From positions 248,001 through 312,000 of the forward strand of contig OU015566.1 in NCBI GenBank assembly GCA_907165135.1: a stretch of 64,000 nt of DNA, read 5' to 3'. The notes under the pieces were generated by a model. The model had not been told where the DNA came from. It searched no databases and worked only from the letters and a program-made list of their open reading frames with translations. Source of the DNA: Oikopleura dioica (Eukaryota > Animalia > Chordata). A program made the position numbers and the translations under genes. Shown here piece after piece: positions 12,202 through 24,516 of this stretch. The first letter of the stretch is position 1; each line of letters begins with the position of its first letter.

Positions 12202-14994
12202 TAGGGTGGTCGCTAAAAAAATGAAACTTTTTTGTTTTCAATGGGAACTCTTTTATTTTTGGGACTATTATAGTATTTTAGGTATAGATTTCAATTTTCG
12301 AAAAAAAAATTTTTTGACGTCACGTGAAGTACTAAAATACAGTACTAAAATCACGTAACTTTTGAGCGAGCCGAGATAAGAAAAAGGTGAAGGCACCATT
12401 AGAAAGAGCATATTGAGTTTAGTAAGGACCAATGAAAAAATTCTTTGGGTTCGGCTTTCTTCCCGTATTTATTTGCCAAAAACTGTATTCTAGCGCTGGA
12501 GGAACCCCGGAGGACCCCACGAAATGGAAGACACCCCGATGGAAGACCAAAAAAAAAATTTTTTTTTATTTAATTATAATTTAATGAATATTCAAAAATA
12601 TTCACCCACGTGACGTCCGGAGGACCCGGAGGACCTCCAAAATGGAAGAAACCTGCTGGAAGAAGAAGCAAAATTTTTTTCTTCTAATTTTTTAAGATTT
12701 ACTAAAAAATGATAACATATTAAAAAAACGTTATGCACGTGACATCTGGAGGACCCGGAGGACCTCCAAAATTGAAGAAATCTGGTGGAGGAAATTTATT
12801 TTTAGGGTCATTTCTGCGAAGATTGACAGAAAGAATAAATATCGCGAATCAACACGAGAAGTAAATAAACTTGTTGAATCAAGTTCTTGAAAGTTTTTGA
12901 AGCCTTTCAACAGTCGGCGACGGAACGCGACCAAACGCGGGGCAAAAGGCGCATCAGCTCCGACTCGCTCAATTCCGAGGGGTTGCCGTCGGTTTGAGAT
13001 GTGTCAAAGTACTCGAGTAACTCAGTTTCAAAGGCGAAATTGATTGTCATGATCTGACGGGCCGAATTCAGTAAGAGATTGACGATGTTCTTGTACTCCA
13101 TCATGTTGAGTCCACCATCTGGATTGCCCACGCCTTCAATGAGGCTTTTGGAGACTGTCACTGAATATAATATTGGATAAGAAGCAGGTACTAAATGATT
13201 CTCACATGATAACAAGGCCAGCGAGTCCGAAAACTCTTCGAGGTCAAGGGTTCCGTCTCCATTTGTATCAATATAGGGCCAGTTTTCTTCTAACTCCTTT
13301 CTGCCTTCAAGCATTTCCTCCTCACTTAAGATAAGCACTTCCCCTAAATCTCCCAAACATTGAGAGACGGACTCAAGGGTGGATACTTGTTTTGCTCTAT
13401 TTTTAATCGCACAGCTGCAAAATATGCGTTTGAGATCATTTTCTTCAATGTTCTCCTTATACGAATTTTATTTTTCATAGTTTTATGATTATAATAATAC
13501 CGCAAAAAGCTCGATGTCTTCGTGATTTTGCCGGGACAAAGTGACCGCATTTAACACGAGATTTGTGATAGTCACGCTCGCGTAGAGCATGACCGATGCC
13601 GTTACGCCCATCTAAAGAAAATAAAAGTTAATACTCAAAGTAAAGAGAAATTAGAAATATCTCTGTTTGAGAAAAAAATTCTTGAACTTGAAGAATATGA
13701 TTTTTTTCGTTTTTCGGTCTCTTTTTATAGCCTTTCTTACGAGAGAAACACGATTGTAAATAAACAAAATTTTGACTTTGACACCATCTAGAAAAAAAAT
13801 TACTAAGAATTATGAGAAAAATCTTCGGTTTTCGAAACGGAAAAATTTTCGCTGTCAATGTCACAGTAATCGCTCGTCGCTTGTGACTGTCTTCTTGTTT
13901 TCGCTTGGCAAAAATGATGAAATTTTGAGGAATAAGGATCCGCCAAAAGTAACGTAACTTTCTTTTTTTTATAAGCATCGGAATCTTTTTGACGAAAATA
14001 AAATAATTCCATTTCCATATTCCAAAATCTGTTTTCCTGGTAAATCGCTCGAAAAACATTTTTAAAGAGGCTGGAACCAACTCGGACGAATTTTGACCAA
14101 TAACTCTTGTTTTTATTATAAAGTTCTCTTTGTTGGTTCCATTTTTCTTCAGAAATTAGACTCTCTGATATCAAGAAGTCTCTTACTTGAGAGACTTGAA
14201 GAGGACATCCCTCATGATCAGACAACACAAAATATTTGAGAAAGAAAAAGTAAAGAAATCTCATACTCTCGCAAAGGCAAGACTATTCTCTGTTCAAAAA
14301 AGCTTGGAAAAAACCGGGAAAAGTGATAATTCAGCAGAATACATGTCTAGTTTTCGCGGTCTCGCAGTCAATTTATTAATTCTCAAGAAGAGAATTCTGT
14401 TATTGCAATGAATCAGTATTACATGTTTTCATTCATTTCGGGATGTCACGTGATCAATGTACTCTGATTTAGAGATGAAGTATATTTAGTAAAAAAATTT
14501 GTTTTTTACATCGTCTTCCATCACAGTCTCTCTTCCAGGAGAAGGTCCTCCAAAAGTCCTCCGGTCAGTCATGTGACACTGTACCACAGTACATAGGATG
14601 AATAAAATTGATATTTTAAAGTATTTTTGTATTTCAAAAAGTTCTCCAGTAAAAAAGTCTTCCAGCAGATAGGGTCCTCCAAGGTCCTCCGGGGCTAGAA
14701 TACAGTTTTTTGTCAAAAAGTACTGGAAGATGATGAAACCCAAAAGATTTTATTTTTTCATCTTAATAAAACGACGATGCTCTTTTCAGTGGCGTGCTCC
14801 ATTCCTCTCTATCTCGTGTCGCTCAGAAAATAGTTTTTTTCGTACTTTTGAAGCTCTCAAAATAGTACTTTTTTCAAAATTTTAAAATTTTTTTTTTGAT
14901 AAATTTATTTCATTCACTTGAAATATCCTTATATCAAAAAATTACTCCTACAGACCTTTTGGATCAAAAGTTGATTTTTTTAGCGACCACCCTA
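12202..14994. mobile_element. Non-autonomous hAT-type element (2.8 kb) carrying an EF-hand gene
   Basis: TIR TAGGGTGGTCGCTAAAAAA / TTTTTTAGCGACCACCCTA; perfect 8-bp TSD TCTACAGT (12194-12201, 14995-15002); inverted subterminal GGAGGACC repeats at 12480-12790 and 14520-14700. Confidence 0.85.
12907..14264 (-). CDS. EF-hand calcium-binding protein, possibly secreted (~284 aa; exons 14264-13959 and 13455-12907)
   Basis: Canonical loop DTNGDGTLDLEE and two degenerate loops; hydrophobic N-terminus MRFLYFFFLKYFVLS; phase-0 GT-AG intron 13456-13958. Confidence 0.65.
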
Positions 14995-15469
14995 TCTACA
15001 GTAGGGTCGGAAATTTCGGGGCCATGACCGCGGGCGGCTCTGATATTTTTTGGGTTACTAAATAGGAGGTACTCTTCCAGAAAAAACACATGGCCCTCGC
15101 TTAACCCATCATCGGCAAGCAAATTTTAACCCATTTTTGAGAATGGCTTTTTTCATTTTAATAATGTATTTAAGTTACTTTTAATGCTTTTTAATGCGTG
15201 TCAAATCAAAAAATAAGGATCAAAAATAATAATTAACCCATTTTCGGCAAGGGAAAATTAACCTATTTTCAAAAATTTTCATTTTTCTTTAAAAAATGAT
15301 ATTTTTATAATAAAAATGCAATTTTATGCACAAAAATTCAATAAAAATTAATAAGACACCCATTTTAAGGGCTAAAATTGTATTAAATTTCTGAAAATTG
15401 CCCTTGCCCGACCTTCCATCCTCTTTTCTTCGTTTTTCGCTCCTTTTTCTCCCTTTTCTCTTCTTCCTC

Positions 15470-15720
15470 CTCTTTTTTTCGGCGGCGCGCAACGAGCGCG
15501 CCTCTTGGCCAATCAAAGCCGGGCAGAGCCTCGAGAGCTCGCTTTCAGCGCCTCGCTCGCCGGTCTGGACGGTGGTGGTGCAGCGGCTCGCAGCGCTGAG
15601 CGCGCGTTAGCGCGCTGCGCTGCACACGCGCTTATGCGTAGGCGTAGGCGTTCTAGGCGTAGGTTCGCGCGCATAAGCGAACTTTTTTCTGCGGGCCACC
15701 TCAGTCTCCGGACTCACGCC
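15470..15720 (+). promoter_or_regulatory. GC-rich CCAAT-containing candidate promoter of the transposase
   Basis: GGCCAATCA motif in a CpG-rich patch upstream of the transposase; function is inferred. Confidence 0.4.
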
Positions 15721-16834
15721 GCCCGTCTCCCCTAATTTCCCCCCCTTTTTTCAATAAACTCTTTGAGTTAATTATTAAAAGGGTTAATTATTTTTTTAAC
15801 CGAGGTCAGTCCGGTGACCCGACTAATCTTTCGGCAGGCAGCCCCTTGAGCAAGGGTGCAGGAAGTAAATGCACCCGATTGGACACCCCTAGGCCACCCT
15901 CACCGGATAGATACTCCTGAAAAATGGAGGTGCGTGGGGGGTAGGGCACGAGCGAAATTTCGCATTTTGCAGTATTGCCCGCAACCCAAGCCCAAGTCCC
16001 ACACTATTCCGGCAATCCCGACTCCTGATGCCACCGGACCTCTGGCATCAGGGCCCTAAGGGCCAGCAGAGGTATCTGCCCCCAGGCGAGGCCGCTGCCC
16101 TCTTGTGGAGTGAGGGCGTCCCCCCCAGACAGGAGTAACACCACCTTCGGCATGGTGCCTGAACGCTGGGAGAAAGGGGAAACTACGCGGATAACCTGGG
16201 GGAGGGGGGATACTCTGGTTCTAAGGGTTCGAGTCGGGGGACAGGGTTCCGGGGAGACGGGTCATGACGGTTTGTTTTTTGAATCTTGTTTTTATGCGTT
16301 AATTTAAAGCATAAATATATCGTCGTTTATGAAATGATTATATATTTTACTTTAATATGCATCTAAGCAAATCAAAAAATAATCGTCAGGGATTGTTTAG
16401 CTATTTATTTCGGTTGTTTAACCACTGAAATCGAATTTTAAGAGAGCCCCACTCTTAGAATTGTCGATGAAATAAATGGCTGGCATGACCAAATAGGCAC
16501 TCAAATCATTATTCAAGAAGAATGATCGTTAGGTTAAGATTTTCATTAGTTTTTATTGTCGATCATTCATAAAGACCGAAAGGAAAAGTTGATCAATAAA
16601 ATTATTTTCATTTTTGACAGAAGATCACTAATAAAAAGACAGAAGAGACCAGAAGAACTCCAGGAGCAGATGTATTTTAAGAATTTTTTTTTAAATCATC
16701 AGCATCAAAGACTCTTTCATTTTGTTTCATTTTTTTTTCACCGTAGAAGTTATTTTTATTTTTTGTGCATTCAGACGCAAATTTTTGCTTGTTTAATAAC
16801 GAGTACTCTTTTCAGAAATCTTGAACTTGTAGCA

Positions 16835-19394
16835 ATGTTCGTTGAATCCGCCTCGATTGAAGACTTCTCGGTTGTTGCTGTCGAAATCTCTGAAGAGATT
16901 GGAATGGAGTATATTTGCGAGCTTGCCGGGCGATCCCCCACAGAACTTGCAGCAGATGTTGCGGTAAAAACTTCGTCGGAGCTCCAATCGGTTGCCAGAG
17001 CGATTTGCAACGCACTTGCTCAGGACTCACCTAAAGGTCAAAGATTTACTATAATTTCTTATTCACATAAATTTCCATTTAGGTTTCGACTTCGATTTCC
17101 CGTTGAATAGTCACCACGGCGAAAAGAAAAAGGCATACGATCGTAATGTTGGCGTTCTTCGAAAGGCGATTCGTCATCTTCCTGAAGATGGAGCTGTAAG
17201 ACTGATTCGCGTTTCAGTTGACAAAGAGCCTTCTCAAACAAGAAAACGCAAAATGACTATGACGTGAGATCTTCCCGCTGGCAATGAGCTCACCATCGAT
17301 TCATTCGCTTTTCTCGAAGAGAAACTGAACAAACACCAGCTCAACGCGATTCTCATGATTTCGAACGCACGATCTTCATCATTTCGCGAGCTTCAGCTAA
17401 GAAAAGTTGCCGAGATTTGTAACGAAACATTGCCATCCCTCGATGAAGAAGAGAAATTGTTCTCTCAACTCGATGAAGTTGTTATTTCTCAGCCGACTTC
17501 TTCATATTCACAAGAGCTGCCAAAAGAAAAACCTGCTTCTGTCATCAACCGAATCGATCTGAAAGAAAGCTGCTTGCTTTTGAGCACCGAGAAGAATATT
17601 TCACCTGCTGTCATTAACGAAGTCATTGATGAAATTTGCGAGAACATCCCTGATGCAAACATTGAGCCATTTACGGACCGATCTCTGCGAAATCATCTTC
17701 CGCTTGTCCAGCCACTTCAACATCAACAAGAAATCGTCTTTATTGAAGATGCAACAAGTTTGTCGATTGGCCTGGATAGCACAACCATCAGTGGGAACGA
17801 GTACAGCACATTAACGATCTTGTCAAGTGACGGTGACTCGCTTTTTTGGGATATCAAGAAGGTTGCTGACCATTCTGGCGCTACAGAGCAGTTCACCTCG
17901 AAGATGAAAGAATATCCTGAAGCTATCCAACGACTGATCGCTGAAAAAACTCAAAGCCTTCACAGCGACAGGGCTCCAGCTGCAGTGAAAAGTGTGGAGA
18001 TTATCAGAAAATCCCTTGACGAAGTCTTCGCTCGAGATCGCGTTCACGTCCCTTGCAGCATGCACATCCCCTTGAACTGCGAAAAGGGTCTTCGAGCTTC
18101 GTTACCAAAGGATATCCTCGAACAAGTGTCCCTTCTGGAGAAAGTTTTATCATCTCATCGACTTCACCAAACTAAATCCTCCAGAGGAGCAGCCTTTTTG
18201 ACATTCTTAAAAGCGAAAACGATGGAATCCGACGATGTTCTTCCTGAATCTCTTTCACTTTACTCAAATGTGAGATTTTCTGTCTTTGCGAAGAACCTCG
18301 AGAACGTCCTGATCAATCTGCCTTATGTTGAAGAGTTCTTGTCACGAGAAGGCCACAAAACAAGTTCCAAGTTCATTGCGGACAACAAACAGAGGTTCCA
18401 GGTCGAACTTCTCGCGGCGATTTACGTCTACAAAAACATCGTTGCTCCTTGGTGGGACAAAGTTCGAGCAAAATGCGATGTTACCTTTTACGAGACGCTA
18501 AAAGAAGAGCTTGACCTCACTTTCGACGGAATCGTCAGTGCTGCTAGTCCATTCATCGCAGTGAGGAGCAAGAACAAGAATCTCATGTTGCAGGATGAAA
18601 CAGAATCCGTTTTATTCAAGGCAGTCGCTGAATCCATCCAGCAGAAGAACTTCAAAGAAGTAAATGACGCGATCAAGTCAAAGGCAGAAATTGTGAAAAA
18701 TGTGTTCCATAGATTCCGGATTCAAGACGACACGACTCCTCTCATCGGTGAAGTTACATGGACGAATCAACTTGCCGAAATGGTAAGAGACAATAATTTT
18801 GTTCACAAGTAGTAACTTAAATGATTTAGTCGATGGGTGCTCTTAAGCGGATTTATGGCTATCGATTCAATCTTGACCCTGAAAATCTCGCTCTTGCTGG
18901 CAAGTCAAAGTACAACCGACCGATTTCTTTCTGGCGTGAACGCGATGCCTCCAAAATCCAGCAAGCTTTCAAACGCGGGACGCTCAAACGGCTCACAGAT
19001 GCTCGCAAACGACGCAAAGAATCTGCGGATGCAGCCGATATTGAAGCCAAGATCAAACGGCAGAAAGAGTACAAGAAGGAACAAGAGCGAGAAACAAAAC
19101 TCCTTGCAGTGATTTACGATTACATCCCAATGAATCTCGATTCGGTAACTAATAAAAATTTTCAAAAATTTTACCAAAGTTATTAAGGATCACTTCAAAG
19201 CAATGAAAAAATCGTTTGATCGAAAAGCACAAGACAAGACCATAGCGAAAGAATTCCGTGCTCTGTGCGTTCAGAAAATGCGTGAATGCTTCGACTTACC
19301 ACAGAATCAACAAGCCGGGGAATGGGAAGACAAAAATCCTTCGAGTAAAGAGATTGATGCTTACAATGCTTACCTGCTGATCTTTAGAAAATAA
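16835..19394 (+). pseudogene. hAT transposase (~807 aa). Exons 16835-17036, 17083-18782, 18830-19144, 19188-19394; one in-frame TGA at 17265-17267
   Basis: Catalytic-type motifs LSIGLDSTT, SDRAP, CSMH (CxxH) and TNQLAE; three 43-47-bp GT-AG introns join the ORF pieces in frame. Confidence 0.8.
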
Positions 19395-20467
19395 ACAAAG
19401 ATAACTAGAATTGATGGTCTTTTCTTCTTATTAATCGTTTTTGTCTTTTTCAGGGAAGTGATTTTTTAATATGCCATTCTTAAAGTTGAGAAAATCAATA
19501 AAATTACAAATTTATGTTGCTTTTTCTTGATTAATGCATTTATAAGGAAATTATGGAAAGAATCGTAACTTTGGAAAGTAGATTTTTTTCTTTTCAAAAT
19601 AATATTGATTTTTTTTTCCTATTATGGGTTATGAATGTATTTTATAAAAGATTATTAATTTTTACAGGTAAAAAAATGCATTAAAAGAACTTCAAAACAT
19701 TAATTTCGTATAAAACAGACTTTTTTCATGAGCAGGTTAAATATTTTTCGGCAATGATCGGTTAAAAAGCAAATTTATTTAAAAAAAAAATGGTTTGTAC
19801 GCATAAAAAAGGGAGATAAACAATAAAAATGCATAATTTTAGTGTAAAAAGGCCATTTCCAAAATAGGTTAAAATTTGCTTGGCGATGTTGGGTTAAGCG
19901 AGGGCCATGTGTATTTTCTGGAAGAGTACCTCCCATAGAGTAACCCAAAAAAATATCGGCCCCGCCCGCGCTCATGGCCCCGAAATTTCCGACCCTAATG
20001 TAGAGTGAAAGTTTTAAGAAAATTGAGTACACTTTAATTTTCCGTGAGAATCCCTAGTTATAAACATTTTTTATCGTCCAACAAATTCAACAAGTATAAA
20101 AGCAGAATTGATTAACTTCTCAATACACGTGCTCCAATCATTTGACCACGGAGTTTGACCCCCTGTAATTCCCGTTGTAGTAATCTGTTTGACTAGAATT
20201 TTGAAATGTAAGCTGATAGAATGAAAACGAACCAATTTGTGAAGTTTCGAGTGAAAACTCAAAAATGGTGGCGTTTTGCGCCAGATTTCTCTTTCGCTCT
20301 CTGCTGGAAAATCGAAACGGACTTTTCAATTTTCAATGGTTCATTTTTATAGAACAGAGTAAAAGCTTTCTAGTAATCCATTTACGAGCTTTTTAACTCG
20401 ACGAAAATTAGAGCCAAAAGTCCTAAGCGCTATTTTATACACTTTGAATTTCGCGCGCCGAATTGTG

Positions 20468-20714
20468 GACATAACGGAGCGTTGTACGACGTCAAAATTT
20501 GGCGAACTTATACCTCATTATTTGTCTACATTTTCAATTGTTGAGATAATTAGTAGATTTTGGCAGAATGTTTTCGGTTTGTTACCATCTTCAGTGCCTG
20601 TTGAAGTGAAACTGCCAAAATCTACTAATAATCTCAACAATTGAAAACGTAGACAAATAATGCGGTTTAAGTTGGCCAAATTTTGACGTCGTACAACGCT
20701 CCATAAGTTATGTC
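20468..20714. mobile_element. Foldback MITE with ~90-bp arms and 45-bp spacer
   Basis: 20476-20566 is a near-perfect reverse complement of 20612-20702. Confidence 0.85.
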
Positions 20715-20732
20715 ACATAACTATTGTCCACA

Positions 20733-20965
20733 TGCAACTGGCTAGTTGCCGACCTGAGCTGCCGACGAGGAATACAACTTTTATCTGCACTCCTAACCAT
20801 TCCCAGATATCTTCTCTAAGCCATGTTTTTCGGATATATTCTCTGGCAGTTGACTCAGGCATCGTCTAGATTCCAAAAATGACTGAAGTTCTGCTTGAGG
20901 CAGATCAGAGTTCCAAATGAGCGGCGCAATTTCGAAGCGGGGAAATTTGAGTTCTCACTGTAGAT
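20733..20965 (-). pseudogene. Fragment of a second GT31 glycosyltransferase paralog
   Basis: Minus strand reads SVIFGI*TMPESTAREYIRKTWLREDIWEWLGVQIKVVFLVG, aligning with SLIFGIKSIPGAIHEREILRRTWLRKDIWKKIGFEIKIVFITG at ~4960-5090; contains a stop. Confidence 0.75.
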
Positions 20966-22745
20966 TGCGATTACTTTTTACGTCAATTATCCCCGTAAAT
21001 TCTACGTGTTTATCAGAAAAAAAGAGTAAGAAAAAGCATTTATCTCGTGAATACATCTTACAAAATACCTTTTAGCAAGCAAATTTGACAGAAATTCACA
21101 AAGATGGCTTATTGAGCGAATTTCATTAATTTTCGCGAAATTCAAAAAAAGGGCCGAATTGTGCGGGACCAAATTGTGCGAGTCAACTGTATAGGGTTCG
21201 AAGGGATTCTGCGCAGAGATCTGTCCGATATGCGTTCCAACGTGAAAAAAAACAATTTTGAAGCTTCATATTGTGGGGTCATCCTTGATTTTTACAAGCA
21301 AATTTTCTTGGTAAAAAACTTTCTTCGCTCGAGTTTCAACGCTTAAACGCATTTCGCGCAGATTTCTACGCAGACCAGTGGTCTCAGACCACCTTCGAAG
21401 CTCGAACTCCAACTTTACTTTATCAAAATTTGAATTGAACCCTCATTTTTCGGGCTCTTTTCGATGAAAAATTTGAATCTTACATTAAAAAATTTTCGGC
21501 CTCAGAGCAAAATTTTCTTCGCTTACGGATTCCCGGAGTTATCTTATTATCTGATTGTTTTTAGAAAAAATAAAGTTTTTCTCCTCTTTTCTGGACCCGA
21601 ATTTTGTTGACATTTTCTTCATTTTAAGGGGCTTTTGTGGGACATTTTTCCAAGGGTAATATTCCACTTTTATGGATATTTATTCAGCTGAGAAAATTTA
21701 AGAAGAAGAAATAAGGTGTTTTTTTCAAAGAAATCAATGGGTTTTACATTGTAAAATTTACAGTTTCATTCACCAAAAATAGTAAAAAAGGCATAAAAAG
21801 CGTTTCAATGATGAAATTTGGGAATTTTTGTGGACTATTTTTTCGAAAATTTGAGACAAAAAGTGTCCACAAAAGAGGAAAATAGCTGTAAATTGATTTT
21901 TGGGTGTTTATTTATCCCCTGTTTAATTAAACCCTTTATATGTCAATTTTCGATGACATTGAAAAGTCGAAAAAGTTACGATTTTCACGCTTAGTACAAT
22001 AAACATGCATTTCTGTCATTTTCAAAGACGAAAATACATGAAAATGATCCTCAGATCACGTGGAATCTAAAAATCCCACAAAAAGATCCGTTATTAAGAT
22101 TTGAAATTCCGGGGAAGGACCCCTTCGTCGTAATTATATATAAAATAATTATAAGTGGACTTAATGTAAACATTGCTTCCGGTAGGAAGCATGTTTTTTA
22201 TTATCTTATAATAACAGGATCATCAGATGAGCATCTGATCCGCATGCTGCCTCGTCAACTTTCGAGTTACGTAGAAGATGATAGTCATCGGCTTATGCCA
22301 TGCTTCATCAAATTCTAAATAGAACGGATAGATCAGGTAAATGAAATAAACCGATGAATCCTCGCTCTATTCAACCAACACTCCTATTGACCGACGAGTT
22401 CAAACGAGCGAAGAGTTAGAATGAGCGCGAGTCCAAGTGAGAGAAAAGTCCAAATGAGTGCGCTCCGAGATAATTCTCGAGAAGAAATATGACCCTTCGA
22501 AAAACCGTCTGACTTTTCGAGAACTGAGCTGTGCGCGCGCTGATTGGCCGCGCTTGTCAGCTGCCTCTGCCACGGCCATTCAGAACGCGCGCAGCTCTTC
22601 AGAAGAAAAGTTATTTTTTTTACTGTATAAATTTAGAGAAAATTTAATCAAAGAGAAGAATTTAATAAGAGAATCACTTTAAATGAAGCTCTAATTCTGG
22701 TTATTATTAAAATTGCTAAACTGATAAATTTCAGCGTGTTTTTTG

Positions 22746-22844
22746 TCGGTTTTTGTCGAAAACATTCCTTACGAAGCGACGGAAGTGCAGATTAGAGACA
22801 TCTTCAGCGAAGTTGGAGAGGTTTATGATAGAGAAACGGGCAAA
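22746..22844 (+). pseudogene. CSTF2: CstF-64 RRM fragment
   Basis: [33 protein letters not shown] matches CSTF2 [24 protein letters not shown]...VYDRETGK with an internal deletion. Confidence 0.8.
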
Positions 22845-22947
22845 GACACTCGATGGTGGTGATGACTCCTTCAACACTTTCTTCTCCGAAACCAGCGCTG
22901 GCCTCCGAGCTGTCTTCGTCGAACTCGAACCCACCGTCGTCGATGAG
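22843..22947 (+). pseudogene. TUBA: Alpha-tubulin fragment (~aa 40-77)
   Basis: [35 protein letters not shown] matches alpha-tubulin, with KHV deleted. Confidence 0.9.
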
Positions 22948-23772
22948 GTAAGTTCTTGATTTCTACACAAGTTTAGAAAAAGTATGACTGCCTTCCCTGG
23001 CTTTCAAGCAGGCAAATACTAACACCAATTCTTTCAGTCCCTTCGCTCAAGGCGAGTCCGATTTTCACGCTCAACTTCAATCTCTTATCGACTACCTAAC
23101 GAACGCCGTTTCATAAGTGGACGAAAAATTAGCGCTGCTTGTAATTCACAATTTGTGTTACGCGACGCAGTCCAAAACCCGAACAACAGAAGCCAAAGGT
23201 AAACTAACGGAATGTTTCTTTGAAATAAAATGTCACTTTGATTTTTCTCTTTGATTGAGCACTTTGCTATTTCCCCGAAATCGTTAACTACTCGTATTAA
23301 AGAATGTTCAAGCCTCGTTTCGATAAAGCCTTCCATTTTTTTTAACAAGTTTATCAATTTTGAAAGTACCAAAGATAACCTTTTCTGATTACATCTTTTA
23401 GACCTGGGACGAAGCGTCATCGCCAGCTCAGAATTACGTCGTGAGAAAGAGAGAACCAATTATCGCCGCAAGTTCGAGCTCGTATGATTCTGTCTCCTCA
23501 TTATTCACGTAAGTTTTCCTGATTTTACTTTTGCTTTCATGAGTCTTCGGCTCAGGAATAGGATCAAAGATTGATCGACAATTTGTGAAAAAAAGAAACG
23601 CTCGTTTGTGTCATAAGATTTCCCCCCTTTTTTTTGCGTTCTGATTGACGCTTTTAAAGCGAGCATGTTTCCTTCTCGATTCTAACTCATTTTTTCAGGT
23701 TGATAACGAGACCATCTACGATTCTGACGACGAAGCCTGGACATCGAGCGGTCTTCTTACAACAACGTTAAC

Positions 23773-23820
23773 TACGCTCCCGTCATCTCTGCTGAGAAGG
23801 CCTACCACGAGCAGCTCTCC
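23773..23820 (+). pseudogene. TUBA: Second alpha-tubulin fragment (~aa 272-287)
   Basis: YAPVISAEKAYHEQLS is identical to the alpha-tubulin sequence. Confidence 0.85.
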
Positions 23821-24014
23821 AAATGAAAAAATCAAAGAAAAATTTATGTTTGTGTTCTGTTTGTTCTGTATTGTTGATTGTCTTTTTGTCCTGTATTGTT
23901 GGTTGTTCTGTTTTGTTGTGTTGTTGATTGTGTTGTTGATTGCGTTAGGATTCTAGGTGTAGAAGTAATGGTGAAGGTCAGGCGCACCTGCCCTTAGGAA
24001 GAAAAACCTACGCG

Positions 24015-24284
24015 TGTCACGAACGGTAGGGCAGAAGCCAACCGTTGCTCATACGCGAGCGTGTAAACTCGAGGTGAAAACTTAGTTAGAGAAACTCAAG
24101 AACTTCACTTCACGGGATAACTTTATTATTCAGGTTTGTTCAGTTCAAGTGGAGACGCAACTTCCTTCATCATCACACGTGCTGTTTCACCGACTCCTTC
24201 GTGACTGCTGGAGCATCTGGTTGAACCCGTGCTGTTTGTTTGATAAATTGTTGTACTAGAATAAACAGTTTTACGCATATTTCA
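24015..24284 (+). mobile_element. Possible solo LTR
   Basis: TG...CA ends, AATAAA ~20 nt from the 3' end, 4-bp flanks CGCG / CGTG; it interrupts a GT-rich tract. Confidence 0.35.
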
Positions 24285-24516
24285 CGTGTATTGACGAGGG
24301 TGTTAAGTTTGTGCAGGTCAGGTTTATCGTTGTGTTTTTGTTGTGTTTTTGTTTGTGTTTTTTGTTGAAAAATTTATGTTTTGTGTTTTGAAGGATGATC
24401 CTAAGGGGTAATTATCCAAGCTACCCTTACCCTAACCCTAAAAATTCTAGAGATATCTAGAATTACTCTTCGCGGGTTAAACAAAGTGACATTCGGGACT
24501 AACTCTTTTCTTTTAG

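Larger units (their letters stand above)
15002..19997 (+). mobile_element. hAT DNA transposon (~5 kb)
   Basis: Long TIR TAGGGTCGGAAATTTCGGGGCCATGA... matching over ~130 bp; flanks ATCTACAG / ATGTAGAG (6 of 8 match); internal transposase gene. Confidence 0.9.

Noticed and set aside
15797-16275. Hammerhead ribozyme or tRNA
   Set aside because: CTGATG is followed by C rather than A, and no cloverleaf or matching A-box was found.
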